DNA of 64,000 nt from an uncultured Verrucomicrobiota bacterium (GCA_949283955.1 CASDUP010000053.1:16324-80323), one strand, 5' to 3'; shown: positions 9,063 to 18,615, counted from the stretch's first letter. Translations and numbers: made by a program. The notes: a model not told the origin generated them from the sequence alone.

Positions 9063-9948
9063 TTTTTACCTTGTTTATTGTTCGTTGCTTTCGAAGCTGT
9101 GAATCGAAATCACCTGACGTTCGCCTCTTGCGGACTTCGCTCGGGGTTTTCTCGTATTTTGCCCTGAACTTTCTACAGAAATACGGCAGATCCGAGAATC
9201 CGCACATTTCGGAAATTTCCCCTGTGGAGAACGAGGACGTCTCGAGCATCCACTTTGCGTAGCGCAATTTTCCGTCGTTTATGAATTCCGTGGGCGTGCA
9301 CTTCAGATAGCGGCGCATTGTGCGGTTTATGTACGACATGTTCTTCCCGCATATCTCGCGGAATTTTTCCAGTCCGGCCTTCAAGTTTTCCGGATTGCGA
9401 ATGCTCTGGCATGCGTCCGCGAGCCAATCCGGAATGTCGTTTGGAAGGGCCGACATGAAGGCGTTTTTTATCTGCCAGTACAAATTTATCAGGAATCGGT
9501 GTATGGCCAACAGGGAATCGTCCTGCCATGCGAGTTCGCTCGCGGCCTTGTTCAGATAGGTTATTTCGACCGGAGACAACTTTATGGATATTCCTCCAAA
9601 CTTGTCCCTGTACTCTGCGGGCTCTTCCTTTAGAAAGAAATTTTTGAAACTGTCGAACGTCTCCCTTTGCACCACTACGTACGAAAATTCTATGGAAGAA
9701 TTTTTAGCCGGTTCGAGAACGTGAATTTCGTTCGGGGTAGATATGTACAGAAAGTTTTTCGAAAATTTGCGAAGCTTTCCGTTCGAAATGAGAATCCCGT
9801 CCCCTTCCTTAATCCACATTATCTCGATGAAGTCGTGCTTGTGGAGCCCAACGGAATGCGATTTGTCGCTTTTTCCGTGTATGACCCGAAAATACCTGTT
9901 GCCCTTCAGGTGTGATTCCGACGTCATCTCTCTGATAGGATTTTTCAT
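9055..9948 (-). CDS. AraC family transcriptional regulator (cupin plus HTH)
   Basis: LHKHDFIEI cupin and EISEMCGFSDLPYFCRKFRAKYEKTPSEVR C-terminal AraC HTH; stop overlaps the oxidoreductase start. Confidence 0.92.
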   Translation of the reverse strand: MKNPIREMTSESHLKGNRYFRVIHGKSDKSHSVGLHKHDFIEIMWIKEGDGILISNGKLRKFSKNFLYISTPNEIHVLEPAKNSSIEFSYVVVQRETFDSFKNFFLKEEPAEYRDKFGGISIKLSPVEITYLNKAASELAWQDDSLLAIHRFLINLYWQIKNAFMSALPNDIPDWLADACQSIRNPENLKAGLEKFREICGKNMSYINRTMRRYLKCTPTEFINDGKLRYAKWMLETSSFSTGEISEMCGFSDLPYFCRKFRAKYEKTPSEVRKRRTSGDFDSQLRKQRTINKVKNG

Positions 9949-10077
9949 TCTGAATTAGAGTTAATATATGGCAAATTTCCGTTTTTAGCGACTACTTATT
10001 TTGCGCCTGAAATAGCCCATTTCAACGTTATTATATATGCGATTTTATTTATAGGTCAATATAGTAAAATATAACAC

Positions 10078-10098
10078 AAAATGAATCCAAATGGATTC
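10078..10098 (-). terminator. Probable intrinsic terminator of the rubredoxin-ThDP gene (or a palindromic operator)
   Basis: GAATCCA-aa-TGGATTC inverted repeat at 10083-10098, followed on the minus strand by a U-rich tract. Confidence 0.45.
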
Positions 10099-10197
10099 GT
10101 GTCAAAAAGTCTCGAAAAAAGATATATTGGGATATACGGGCGTTTTGTAGTCCGGTTGAAATTTTTGCCGTGAAATTTTCGGGTAGAGGGCTGCCGT

Positions 10198-11952
10198 TTA
10201 GACTTGGCTTGGATCGGTCATTATTTCTACGAGAGCCGGGCCGGATTGTTCGAAGGCCGCCGCGAAAGCGCCCCGCAAGTCTTCGGCTTTTTCCACTCTT
10301 ATCCCGAAAGCTCCGCACGATTTTGAATATTCCGCAAAATTCGGGTTTGCCAGTTTTGTTTCCCAAACGTCCATGTTCGCGTTTTTTTGTTCGAGGGAAA
10401 TTTTGGCTAGTTCCGAATTGTTCGCCACCACGCAGACTATGTTTGCTCCTGCTTTTGCAACGCTTGTCCACTCGGCGAGGTACTGTCCGAATCCCCCGTC
10501 TCCGACGAATGCTACAACTCTCCTGCCGCTGTCTTTTTCTGCGCACCACGCGCCTATTGCCGACGGTAGCCCCACTCCTATGGAGCCGAGATACCACGAT
10601 AGCAGAAACCTCTGCTTTTTCGATTTGAAATATCTGCCCATGGAGTAGGCGCAGTTGCCCACGTCGACCGAAATTACGGCGTCGTCCGGAGCGGCTTCGG
10701 AAAGGGAGGATATGGCCGCGGCTATGGAAATTTTCCCATCTGAATTTTTGGAGGCTCTTCTTTTCTTTACCTCTTCCCATTCGTTTTTTTGGAAAAGCAT
10801 TTCCGATTTGAAGTCGAAACTTTTCAAATTGGATTTTTTAGAAAGTTCCCTCAATGCGAGGGAGCAGTCGGACAAAATCGCGACTTTCGGGTTTGCGAAT
10901 CTCCTTATTCCAAATTCCGAGTTGTCGACCCTTATTGAGGGTTTCGATCCCTCCAGCGTGGAATGCCTGCTAAATCCCACTCCGAAAGCTATCATGAGGT
11001 CGCTTGACTTTACGAAATGGGCAGCCACGGGAGTTCCGCTTAAGCCTATCACTCCGCAGGCGAGCGGGTGGTCGTCCGGTATGATGCCCTTTGCCCTGTA
11101 TGTTGTCGCCACGGGAATTCCCAAAAGTTCGGCAAACTCCAACAGTTCTTCCCGGGCATCTATGGCTCCGTTACCGGCTATTATAACCGGTCTCGACGAT
11201 TTCCCTATCAGGGACAGCGCGGCGTCTATATCGGAGTCGCTCGGGGGAATTTTTCTCTCTCTTACGGGGTTTGACGGGCGTTTTTCGCCTTTGGAGGAAA
11301 GTCGCTGGACGTCGTCGGGAAGTATTATCTGGGCGACTCCGCGCTTTATGATTGCGTTTTCGCATGCGGAGGCTCCGGCTGCGTAAAAGTCGGTATTGGG
11401 TCCTATCGTTTGTTGGTGTACGGTTACGTCGGAGAATACGTTCTGCAGATCTATCTCCTGAAATTTGTACTGTCCAAGTTCCGACGACGGAATTTGTCCG
11501 GTGAGAGCTACCACGGGAGACTTGTCGAGCTTTGCGTCGTAAAGTCCGGTGATTAGGTTTGTCGCTCCCGGACCTGCTATAGAAAGGCATGCGGCGGGAA
11601 GGCCCGTGAGTTTCCCGTAGGCAGAACACGCGAAGGCGGCGGCGCCCTCGTGCCTTATTCCAATATATCCTAGCCGTCCGGATTTTTTCCGTATGGCGTC
11701 GGCTATTCCAAGATTGGAGTGGCCCACCATTCCAAAAACCCATTTTACCCCGTAGTCGCACAGGGCCTCTACTATCAAATCTGACGAAGTTTCGCCTCCC
11801 GAAATTTCGGGCTTTTCCCCGCTCTCCTGCTTCGGCTTAAACAGGGACTTGGGCGCTCCGCAAACGGGGCATGTCCAGCTTTCGGGAAGTTCCGAGAACG
11901 GAACCTCTCTATCGTCGTACTCGTATCCGCAAATCTCGCAAACGTAAACCAT
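10198..11952 (-). CDS. Rubredoxin-domain / thiamine-diphosphate-dependent enzyme fusion (pyruvate oxidase / acetolactate synthase-like)
   Basis: N-terminal CEICGYEY...[13 protein letters not shown] rubredoxin, then [16 protein letters not shown] and the ThDP motif GDGGF...NN. Confidence 0.9.
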   Translation of the reverse strand: MVYVCEICGYEYDDREVPFSELPESWTCPVCGAPKSLFKPKQESGEKPEISGGETSSDLIVEALCDYGVKWVFGMVGHSNLGIADAIRKKSGRLGYIGIRHEGAAAFACSAYGKLTGLPAACLSIAGPGATNLITGLYDAKLDKSPVVALTGQIPSSELGQYKFQEIDLQNVFSDVTVHQQTIGPNTDFYAAGASACENAIIKRGVAQIILPDDVQRLSSKGEKRPSNPVRERKIPPSDSDIDAALSLIGKSSRPVIIAGNGAIDAREELLEFAELLGIPVATTYRAKGIIPDDHPLACGVIGLSGTPVAAHFVKSSDLMIAFGVGFSRHSTLEGSKPSIRVDNSEFGIRRFANPKVAILSDCSLALRELSKKSNLKSFDFKSEMLFQKNEWEEVKKRRASKNSDGKISIAAAISSLSEAAPDDAVISVDVGNCAYSMGRYFKSKKQRFLLSWYLGSIGVGLPSAIGAWCAEKDSGRRVVAFVGDGGFGQYLAEWTSVAKAGANIVCVVANNSELAKISLEQKNANMDVWETKLANPNFAEYSKSCGAFGIRVEKAEDLRGAFAAAFEQSGPALVEIMTDPSQV

Positions 11953-12297
11953 ACTTCGCGCTTTTATGGAATCGTTTCGCGCAAGTCAAACAAGCTTTCG
12001 GACAAAAAATTTCTCCGATAAAAAATCCGCTCCCCGAAAAAATCTCGGAAGGCTCGGAGCGGAGTTTGGGCAAAACGCTTGGAGAAAATCGACTCCATTT
12101 GAAAATTGCCGAACGATACTCGAAAGCTTTTTTATCATTTTTTGTACATCAAAAAAGCAGTCTTAGGATTGCCGGCTTTTGCGAAGCGCAAATTTTTTGC
12201 ATTTCCGATGGGAAATGCAGGCGAAGGCCGAAGGGGGGCGCGAATTTTGCAAGGCGGGCCAATCGCGTCGAAACGCGGATATTTCCTATGCTCGAAA

Positions 12298-12333
12298 TAA
12301 AAAAAACGCCCCGCAAAAAGAAGGGCGTTTTTT

Positions 12334-12334
<1 letters not shown>
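12298..12334 (-). terminator. Intrinsic terminator downstream of tRNA-Met
   Basis: AAAAAAACGCCC...GGGCGTTTTTTT inverted repeat immediately 3' of the tRNA. Confidence 0.75.
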
Positions 12335-12410
<76 letters not shown>

Positions 12411-12590
12411 ATCAATGAAAGGACTCCATGCAATTCCACATTCGAAAATATGCAAGAAAAATTTTCGAATAATAAATTTTTCCGTTGGCGTCTCTTTTTG
12501 CAAAAGGTTTGTTTTTCGTTGCGGTTTTTTGGAGTTCCGTCAAGAATGCGCGTTTAACTTTTATTTCGCCTTATCGGCAAAAATTCGGCG

Positions 12591-13169
12591 ATGAAAATAC
12601 TCGGCAAGTTAAAGGCAAACGCGGTATTCGTACTTTGCGCGGCGGGAGTGATTCTGCTCGACCAAATTACGAAACTGGCCGTGCTGGAAAATATTCCCTG
12701 GGAAAAGGGCAATCCAACCTACCATTTCGGGGCGGGAAGCGGGGAGCCGATAGCGGTAATAGACGGGCTTTTCTACATTGTTCACATAACCAACGATGGG
12801 GCGGCTTGGGGAATGTTATCGGGAAGAACCTACCTTCTCACCTCGATAGCGCTCATGGCATTGCTGGCTCTATGGCTGTTTAGAAAACACGTAGGCTTTA
12901 ATAAAAAGTGGGGGGGGATAGCTCTCGGACTTTTTGCCGGAGGTGTGGTCGGAAATTTGATAGACAGGCTTTGCTACGGGCATGTGGTCGACTTTCTCGA
13001 CGTGCACATTCCCATTGTCAATTACAGATGGCCGGCATTTAACATAGCCGATTGCGGCATAACTATAGGGGTGGCTATATATATAATATTCACCTTTATC
13101 GACGATTACAGGGAGCGCAAAGATTCGGAGTCGGCGGAGCTTCTGCGCCCGAAGGACGAAAACAAATAA
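12591..13169 (+). CDS. lspA: Lipoprotein signal peptidase (signal peptidase II)
   Basis: LDQITK, NDGAAWGML, GNLIDRL, VVDFL and WPAFNIADCGI motifs. Confidence 0.96.
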   Translation: MKILGKLKANAVFVLCAAGVILLDQITKLAVLENIPWEKGNPTYHFGAGSGEPIAVIDGLFYIVHITNDGAAWGMLSGRTYLLTSIALMALLALWLFRKHVGFNKKWGGIALGLFAGGVVGNLIDRLCYGHVVDFLDVHIPIVNYRWPAFNIADCGITIGVAIYIIFTFIDDYRERKDSESAELLRPKDENK

Positions 13170-13196
13170 AAATTTAACGGCAGCGAAAGGATAAAA

Positions 13197-14375
13197 ATGG
13201 TAGTACAACCGAAAACGAAGGGCTTTCTTTGCATAACTTCGCACCCGAAGGGATGCGCAGCCAATGTCGACGCGCAAATAAAATACGTCGAAAACAAGGG
13301 TCCCATATCGGGCTCGTGCAAGAGTGTTCTGGTGATAGGAGCCTCGACGGGGTACGGTTTGGCTTCGAGGATTGTTTCGGCGTTTGGATGCGGAGCCTCT
13401 ACGGTAGGAGTGTTTTTCGAGAGGCCGGGAGATTCGGCGAGGGAGAGAACGGCGAGCGCGGGTTGGTATAACACTCTGGAGTTTACGGCTAAGGCGAGGG
13501 AGAAGGGGCTGTATGCGGAGAATATAAACGGGGACGCATTTTCTGACGCAGTCAAACAGAGCGCAATAGAAGCGATAAAAAAATCTCCTTCAGGGAAGGT
13601 GGATTTGATTGTTTATTCGGTGGCTTCCCCGAGAAGGACGGATCCCAAGACGGGCGAGGTTTACAAGAGCGTTTTGAAGACTGTGGGTGAGCCGCGCACG
13701 GAGAAGTCGCTGGATACCGACAACGCTAAGGTTGTAGAGATAACTGTTCCTGCTGCTACCGAAAAGGAGATAAGCGACACCGTAAAGACTATGGGAGGAG
13801 AGGATTGGGAACTTTGGATAGATGCCCTCGACAAGGCTGGGGTGATTGCAGAAGGAGCCGCTACTCTCTCCTATTCGTACATAGGCCCGAAACTCACATA
13901 TCCGATTTATCGCAGCGGAACCATAGGCAAAGCCAAGGAGGATTTGGAGCGCGCGGCTGAGCGCATAGACGCGAAGATGAAGATGCATAGAGGCAAGGCG
14001 TTTGTTTCCATAAACAAGGCTCTCGTCACCCAGGCGAGCGCGGCGATTCCGGTTGTTCCCCTCTACACCTCGATACTCTACAAAGTTATGAAGGAGAAGG
14101 GAATTCACGAGGGTTGCATAGAGCAGATATATCGCCTTTTCTCGGACCAGCTCTACAACGGAAACTGTTTGGATTTCGACGAAAACGGCCTTGTTCGCAT
14201 AGACAATTTCGAGCAGAGGGAGGACGTTCAGAAGGCGGTTTTCGACATTTGGCCTCGCGTGACAACCGAGAATTTGAACGAGCTTACGGATTTTGCCGGA
14301 TTCAAAAGCGAATTTATGAAGCTGTTCGGATTTGGAATAGAGGGTGTCGACTATTCCGAGGACGTTCAGATTTAA
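13197..14375 (+). CDS. fabV: Enoyl-ACP reductase FabV / trans-2-enoyl-CoA reductase
   Basis: HPKGC, VLVIGASTGYGLASRI, YSVASPRR, MGGEDW, YxxxxxxxxK (YRSGTIGKAK) and C-terminal FGFG. Confidence 0.95.
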   Translation: MVVQPKTKGFLCITSHPKGCAANVDAQIKYVENKGPISGSCKSVLVIGASTGYGLASRIVSAFGCGASTVGVFFERPGDSARERTASAGWYNTLEFTAKAREKGLYAENINGDAFSDAVKQSAIEAIKKSPSGKVDLIVYSVASPRRTDPKTGEVYKSVLKTVGEPRTEKSLDTDNAKVVEITVPAATEKEISDTVKTMGGEDWELWIDALDKAGVIAEGAATLSYSYIGPKLTYPIYRSGTIGKAKEDLERAAERIDAKMKMHRGKAFVSINKALVTQASAAIPVVPLYTSILYKVMKEKGIHEGCIEQIYRLFSDQLYNGNCLDFDENGLVRIDNFEQREDVQKAVFDIWPRVTTENLNELTDFAGFKSEFMKLFGFGIEGVDYSEDVQI

Positions 14376-14523
14376 TGAGTTTTTTCTCTCTCCGGCTTTT
14401 GTTTGGAGGGTGAAGAGGTTCAGTAGGATTTCTCCCGAGTTTTTTTTCCCCGGGGAGGAATGTCGGTCGTTTTGAAGAAACTTCGACAGGTCGGTTTTTT
14501 CGCGCGCCGATTTTTAGGAATTT

Positions 14524-14574
14524 CGGGCGCGCAAAAAGGGTTAAATAACATTCGTGCCGGGCGCGCAAAAAGGG
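14524..14574. repeat. Two exact 17-bp direct repeats CGGGCGCGCAAAAAGGG (14524-14540 and 14558-14574)
   Basis: Read directly from sequence; 34 bp period; lies between convergent fabV and the RluA-like gene. Confidence 0.85.
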
Positions 14575-14607
14575 AAGACCTTATTTTGCGTTTTGCTTAA
14601 TTTGCCT

Positions 14608-15543
14608 TTAGGCTTTTGCAGACGGAGCAGGCAAGACAGTAAAAGTGTTTGTTTCGGATTTTGGGAGAGGAAAGGAATATTTGAGATTGAGTTTTTTCAA
14701 AGCGGCCGAAAATCCCTTTGGAAGTTTGGCTGCAGCCCCTAAGGTTCCCGAAAGCCCGGCGCACTTGCCGTCGTATTTTACGAGGGCAAGATGTATGGCG
14801 ATGTCGTCGTACAGGGGTTTTTCGTCGGAGTTTTTCGGAGGTCTGTAAGCTCCCTTTTTTATCTTTGACAAATAGGGCGGGGGAGTCTTCGAGTACATCT
14901 TTTCGGACGCTATCCCTATTCCGCATTCGGCGGCGTGTATTCTAATTTGATGGGGCCTGGCGGCTTTTGTAGCGGCCTTCCAAAGCTTCCAATCCCCGCT
15001 TTTGTCCAAAAGGAGAAACTTCGTTTCGGATTTTTTCCCGAAAGCGTGCGAGACCCTCCACTTCGACTGGTTTTCGGGTTTGTAAATCGGAAGGGAACAT
15101 TCTATTTCTTCGGGAGTTTCCGCTTTTAAATCCTTCGCCAAAACGAGGTACTCGAAAGTGAACAGGCCCGACCACATCGCGTTGCGCATTTCCGCGGCTC
15201 TTTCCTTCCCGAAGGCTATTATCGAGGCTCCGGAACATTCATAGTCTATCTGGTTTACCGCGAATGGACTGCTCGCTCCGAATCTTTGAAATTCGGGTTT
15301 GTCGGGGTTTTCCCTGATGGCCTTCACTACGGAAGGCATTCCATCGGGGGCTCCGAGATAGGATTCGGAAAGTACTTTAGGGGGCTTTTCGAAAATCAAA
15401 AACTCTCCGAATTTGGAGCCTATCACGTCGAAACGCTCCGGTCTATCCGAGACGCATCCCTCCTTAAATCCTATTTTAAGCGGGCAGATGGGATCTATTC
15501 CCAATTCGAAATTTATCTCCGCGTTGTCGGCCTCGTCGGGCAT
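14608..15543 (-). CDS. RluA-family pseudouridine synthase-like protein with divergent catalytic motif
   Basis: EKPPKV, NQIDYECSG (aligned to HRLDxxTSG) and RPHQIRIHAA motifs. Confidence 0.75.
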   Translation of the reverse strand: MPDEADNAEINFELGIDPICPLKIGFKEGCVSDRPERFDVIGSKFGEFLIFEKPPKVLSESYLGAPDGMPSVVKAIRENPDKPEFQRFGASSPFAVNQIDYECSGASIIAFGKERAAEMRNAMWSGLFTFEYLVLAKDLKAETPEEIECSLPIYKPENQSKWRVSHAFGKKSETKFLLLDKSGDWKLWKAATKAARPHQIRIHAAECGIGIASEKMYSKTPPPYLSKIKKGAYRPPKNSDEKPLYDDIAIHLALVKYDGKCAGLSGTLGAAAKLPKGFSAALKKLNLKYSFPLPKSETNTFTVLPAPSAKA

Positions 15544-15548
15544 TTTAA

Positions 15549-16049
15549 TTATTCGGGGAATTTAGAGTTGAGGGCGTCCATGGTTTGGTTTTTGCGGAAC
15601 TCCAACAATTTCTCCCTGAAAGCGGGGTTAGAAAGCGCGAGTATCTGAACCGCGGCTATGGCGGAATTTACCGCTCCAGCTTTTCCCACCGCAAAAGTAG
15701 CCACCGGAATTCCCCTCGGCATTTGGACAGTGGAAAGCAGCGAGTCCAAACCGTCGAAGGCCCAGCCTTTCATAGGCACTCCAAGCACCGGAAGATGGGT
15801 GTTGGCGGCTATGGCTCCTGCCAGGTGGGCGGCGCCACCGGCGGCTGCGATTATTACCTTGACTCCCTGGGATTCCGCGGAGGCGGAGAGTTCCTTTGCC
15901 TTTTCGGGAGTTCGATGAGCGGAGGCTATGTGTTTGTCGTAGGGAACTCCGAACTTTTCGAGCGTTTCGGCGCAATGTTTCATCGTGTCCCAATCGCTTG
16001 CGCTTCCTATAATTATTCTGACAAAAATCTCATTCATATCTAAGCCCAT
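15549..16049 (-). CDS. purE: N5-carboxyaminoimidazole ribonucleotide mutase
   Basis: IIGSASD, SAHRTP, AGGAAHLAG, STVQMPRGIPVAT. Start may be 16037. Confidence 0.97.
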   Translation of the reverse strand: MGLDMNEIFVRIIIGSASDWDTMKHCAETLEKFGVPYDKHIASAHRTPEKAKELSASAESQGVKVIIAAAGGAAHLAGAIAANTHLPVLGVPMKGWAFDGLDSLLSTVQMPRGIPVATFAVGKAGAVNSAIAAVQILALSNPAFREKLLEFRKNQTMDALNSKFPE

Positions 16050-16117
16050 TTAGTCGGGATATTGTTTACGGATTTTAAATCCCGCAACAAAAAAGAGCCG
16101 GATTTCGTCGTTTTAGT

Positions 16118-16153
16118 TTGACGCCGGAAGGTTGAGCGTTTATCTTAAAAGAA
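16118..16153 (+). promoter_or_regulatory. Sigma70-type promoter whose predicted start coincides with the GH127 ATG (leaderless)
   Basis: TTGACG (16118-23), 17 nt, TATCTT (16141-46), 6 nt, ATG at 16153. No Shine-Dalgarno. Confidence 0.55.
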
Positions 16154-18615
16154 TGTATATTAGGTTGCTATGCATTTTGTCGGCTTTGCTTGTGCAGCTT
16201 GTTTCGCTGTTTGGGGCGGTTGAGCCGGTTTCTTTCGAGAAGGTGGATCTGAATGATTCTTTTTGGAAGCCGTGGAGGGATAGGCAGGCTTCGGTGACAA
16301 TTCCGGCCGCATTGAAAAAAACTGAAAACGCCGTCGAGAATTTGAAAATTGCGGGCGAGTGGAACAGCGGCGACAGGTCTCGCCAGCCCGACAAATCCCT
16401 TCCAATTTTCGTGTCGAGCGATCTCTACAAGATAATGGAAAGCGCCGCGTATTCTTTGATGGTGGAAAAAAATCCTGCTCTCGAAAAGAGATTGGACGAG
16501 ATTATTGAAATAATTGCGAAGGCGCAAAGACCCGACGGGTACCTCTACATGCCCCACATTTTGGAGTTCAAAAATCCAACGGCAGGAAAAACACCTTATT
16601 CCAATTTGATTCATTCGCACGAATTGTACAATCTCGGGCATATGTACGAGGCGGCTGTGGCGTATAAGCGCGCTACCGGAAAAGATTCGTTCATGAAAAT
16701 TGCCGAGAAGAGCGCAAGGCACGTGAAAAAAGTTTTCTTTGACGGAGATCCGAACTACAACGGCGGAAAGCCGGTAAACCAGGCTCCCGGGCACGAGGAA
16801 ATAGAATTGGCTCTTTGCCTTATGGGCTCGGAGACAGGGGATAAATTTTATCTCGATTTGGCCAAGAGGTTTCTGGAAATTCGCGGGGTGACGTATATTC
16901 CAAAAGGTTTGGAAGGTTTGAACGATCCCTCCTACGCCCAGCAACATAAGAGGGTGTCGGAGCAAAGGGAGCCTATCGGGCACGCGGTCAGGGCGTTGTA
17001 CCTATACACGGGAATGGCGGCTTCCGACGCGGCTTTGGGAACCGACGATTACGGCAAGGCTTTGGAGTCGATATGGGGCGACATAGTGTCTAGCAGAATG
17101 CACATAACTGGAGGACTCGGAGCTATAGCGGCTATAGAGGGCTTTGGAGCCCCGTTCGAACTTCCAAACAGATCCACCTACAACGAGACTTGCGCAGCCG
17201 TGGCGAACGTTTTTTTCAACCACGAGATGTTTCTTCGCTCCCTCGACGCAAAGTATCTCGACATTATGGAACTGTCGCTTTTTAACGGGGCCCTTTCCGG
17301 AATAAGCATTTCCGGGGACAGGTTTTTTTACGAAAATCCCCTTGAAGCGGACGGGCGGACAAATTTCAACCACGGAGAAAAGACTCGGTCGGCGTGGATG
17401 AGCTGCGCGTGTTGTCCGCCAAACATATCAAGGCTTTTGATGAAGGTGTCGGGCTATTTCTACGCCAAGAGCGAAGATTCTATATGGGTTTGCATGTACG
17501 CTTCGGGGAAGGTCGACTTTCAAGGCGAGAAAATTTCCATAAGGCAGGATTCCGACTATCCATTCGGGGGTTCGGTCAAGCTGCATTTAAAATTGGATTC
17601 CCCCAAGAAATTTTCGCTTAGATTGCGGATTCCAACTTGGGCCCGCTCGAACGATTTTGTTCCCGGAGGGCTCTATTCGTTCTCCGAAAAGAAAGCTCCC
17701 CTCATGTCGTACAAGGTGGAGGTAAACGGGGAGTCCATGGAGGTTCCGATAGAGAAGGGATTTGCCGTTATAACTCGCGAATGGAAATCCGGGGATTTAG
17801 TCGAGTTGGAGTTGCCTATGGACCTTAGGGAAGTGGTTTCGGATTCAAGGGTCAGATCCAACGAGGGCTGTGTGGCGCTGACGAGGGGACCGCTTGTCTA
17901 TTGCCTCGAGGAGGCGGATCTGGGAGCCAATGTTTGCGACGTCTATTTCGACAAGATAGAGCCGGGAGGGGGCGGAGTTTTTGCCGACGGAGAATTGAAG
18001 GGAATCAGATACGAAAACGCTTCGTTCGTGAAAATTTCAGACGGCTCTGCCGGGAAGAAGCTAAAGTCCAAAGTCATTCCGTACTTTGCTTGGAACAACA
18101 GGGGAGGCGATTCTATGCGGGTGTGGCTTCCCGTTTCCGCCGATATAGCAAAGAAGATGCGCTTTGGAGCGGCGGAGAAGATTTCAGAATTGTGCGACTC
18201 CGTCGAGATCTCCGACGGAAGCCCGTTTTTTGAAGCCCTTTTCGACGGCCTGGTGGTAAAAAAATCCTCCGATATTGGAAAATATCAAGTTTGGATAAGC
18301 AGAAAAAAATCCGAGCCGGTTTCCGTAGAATTGCGCTTGAATTCCCCGAAAACATTGAAGTCGGCTTCGGTATTTTTCATAGTCAGAAGAAATAGCGTCG
18401 CTCTTCCCAAGTCGTGGAAAATCGCCGTCTCAAAGGACGGTAAAAGTTTTTCGGACATGCCTATTTATCTGACTGATTCCTACGGGACATTTCCGGACAA
18501 ATTCAACGTGGTTCATCCCTCCTCTCCCTTGAAATGTTCCGCTCTGAAATTTATTTTCGAGCCGCAAAAAGGCAAGAAAATTGGGGTATCGGAAATACTT
18601 TTGGAGTTGGAGTAG
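16153..18615 (+). CDS. Secreted GH127 glycoside hydrolase (beta-L-arabinofuranosidase-like) with C-terminal beta-sandwich domain
   Basis: Signal peptide; HELYNLGH, GHEEIELAL, GHAVRALYL, IEGF (acid/base Glu), ETCAAV and CACCPPN (Zn/Cys nucleophile), RGPLVYCLE. ORF track start 16132 is an upstream TTG. Confidence 0.92.
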   Translation: MYIRLLCILSALLVQLVSLFGAVEPVSFEKVDLNDSFWKPWRDRQASVTIPAALKKTENAVENLKIAGEWNSGDRSRQPDKSLPIFVSSDLYKIMESAAYSLMVEKNPALEKRLDEIIEIIAKAQRPDGYLYMPHILEFKNPTAGKTPYSNLIHSHELYNLGHMYEAAVAYKRATGKDSFMKIAEKSARHVKKVFFDGDPNYNGGKPVNQAPGHEEIELALCLMGSETGDKFYLDLAKRFLEIRGVTYIPKGLEGLNDPSYAQQHKRVSEQREPIGHAVRALYLYTGMAASDAALGTDDYGKALESIWGDIVSSRMHITGGLGAIAAIEGFGAPFELPNRSTYNETCAAVANVFFNHEMFLRSLDAKYLDIMELSLFNGALSGISISGDRFFYENPLEADGRTNFNHGEKTRSAWMSCACCPPNISRLLMKVSGYFYAKSEDSIWVCMYASGKVDFQGEKISIRQDSDYPFGGSVKLHLKLDSPKKFSLRLRIPTWARSNDFVPGGLYSFSEKKAPLMSYKVEVNGESMEVPIEKGFAVITREWKSGDLVELELPMDLREVVSDSRVRSNEGCVALTRGPLVYCLEEADLGANVCDVYFDKIEPGGGGVFADGELKGIRYENASFVKISDGSAGKKLKSKVIPYFAWNNRGGDSMRVWLPVSADIAKKMRFGAAEKISELCDSVEISDGSPFFEALFDGLVVKKSSDIGKYQVWISRKKSEPVSVELRLNSPKTLKSASVFFIVRRNSVALPKSWKIAVSKDGKSFSDMPIYLTDSYGTFPDKFNVVHPSSPLKCSALKFIFEPQKGKKIGVSEILLELE

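Noticed and set aside
11953-12300. TPP riboswitch upstream of the ThDP enzyme
   Set aside because: The conserved CTGAGA core is absent on the coding strand.
14524-14574. Mini-CRISPR interpretation of the direct repeat
   Set aside because: Only two 17-bp units with a 17-bp spacer, too short, and no cas genes.
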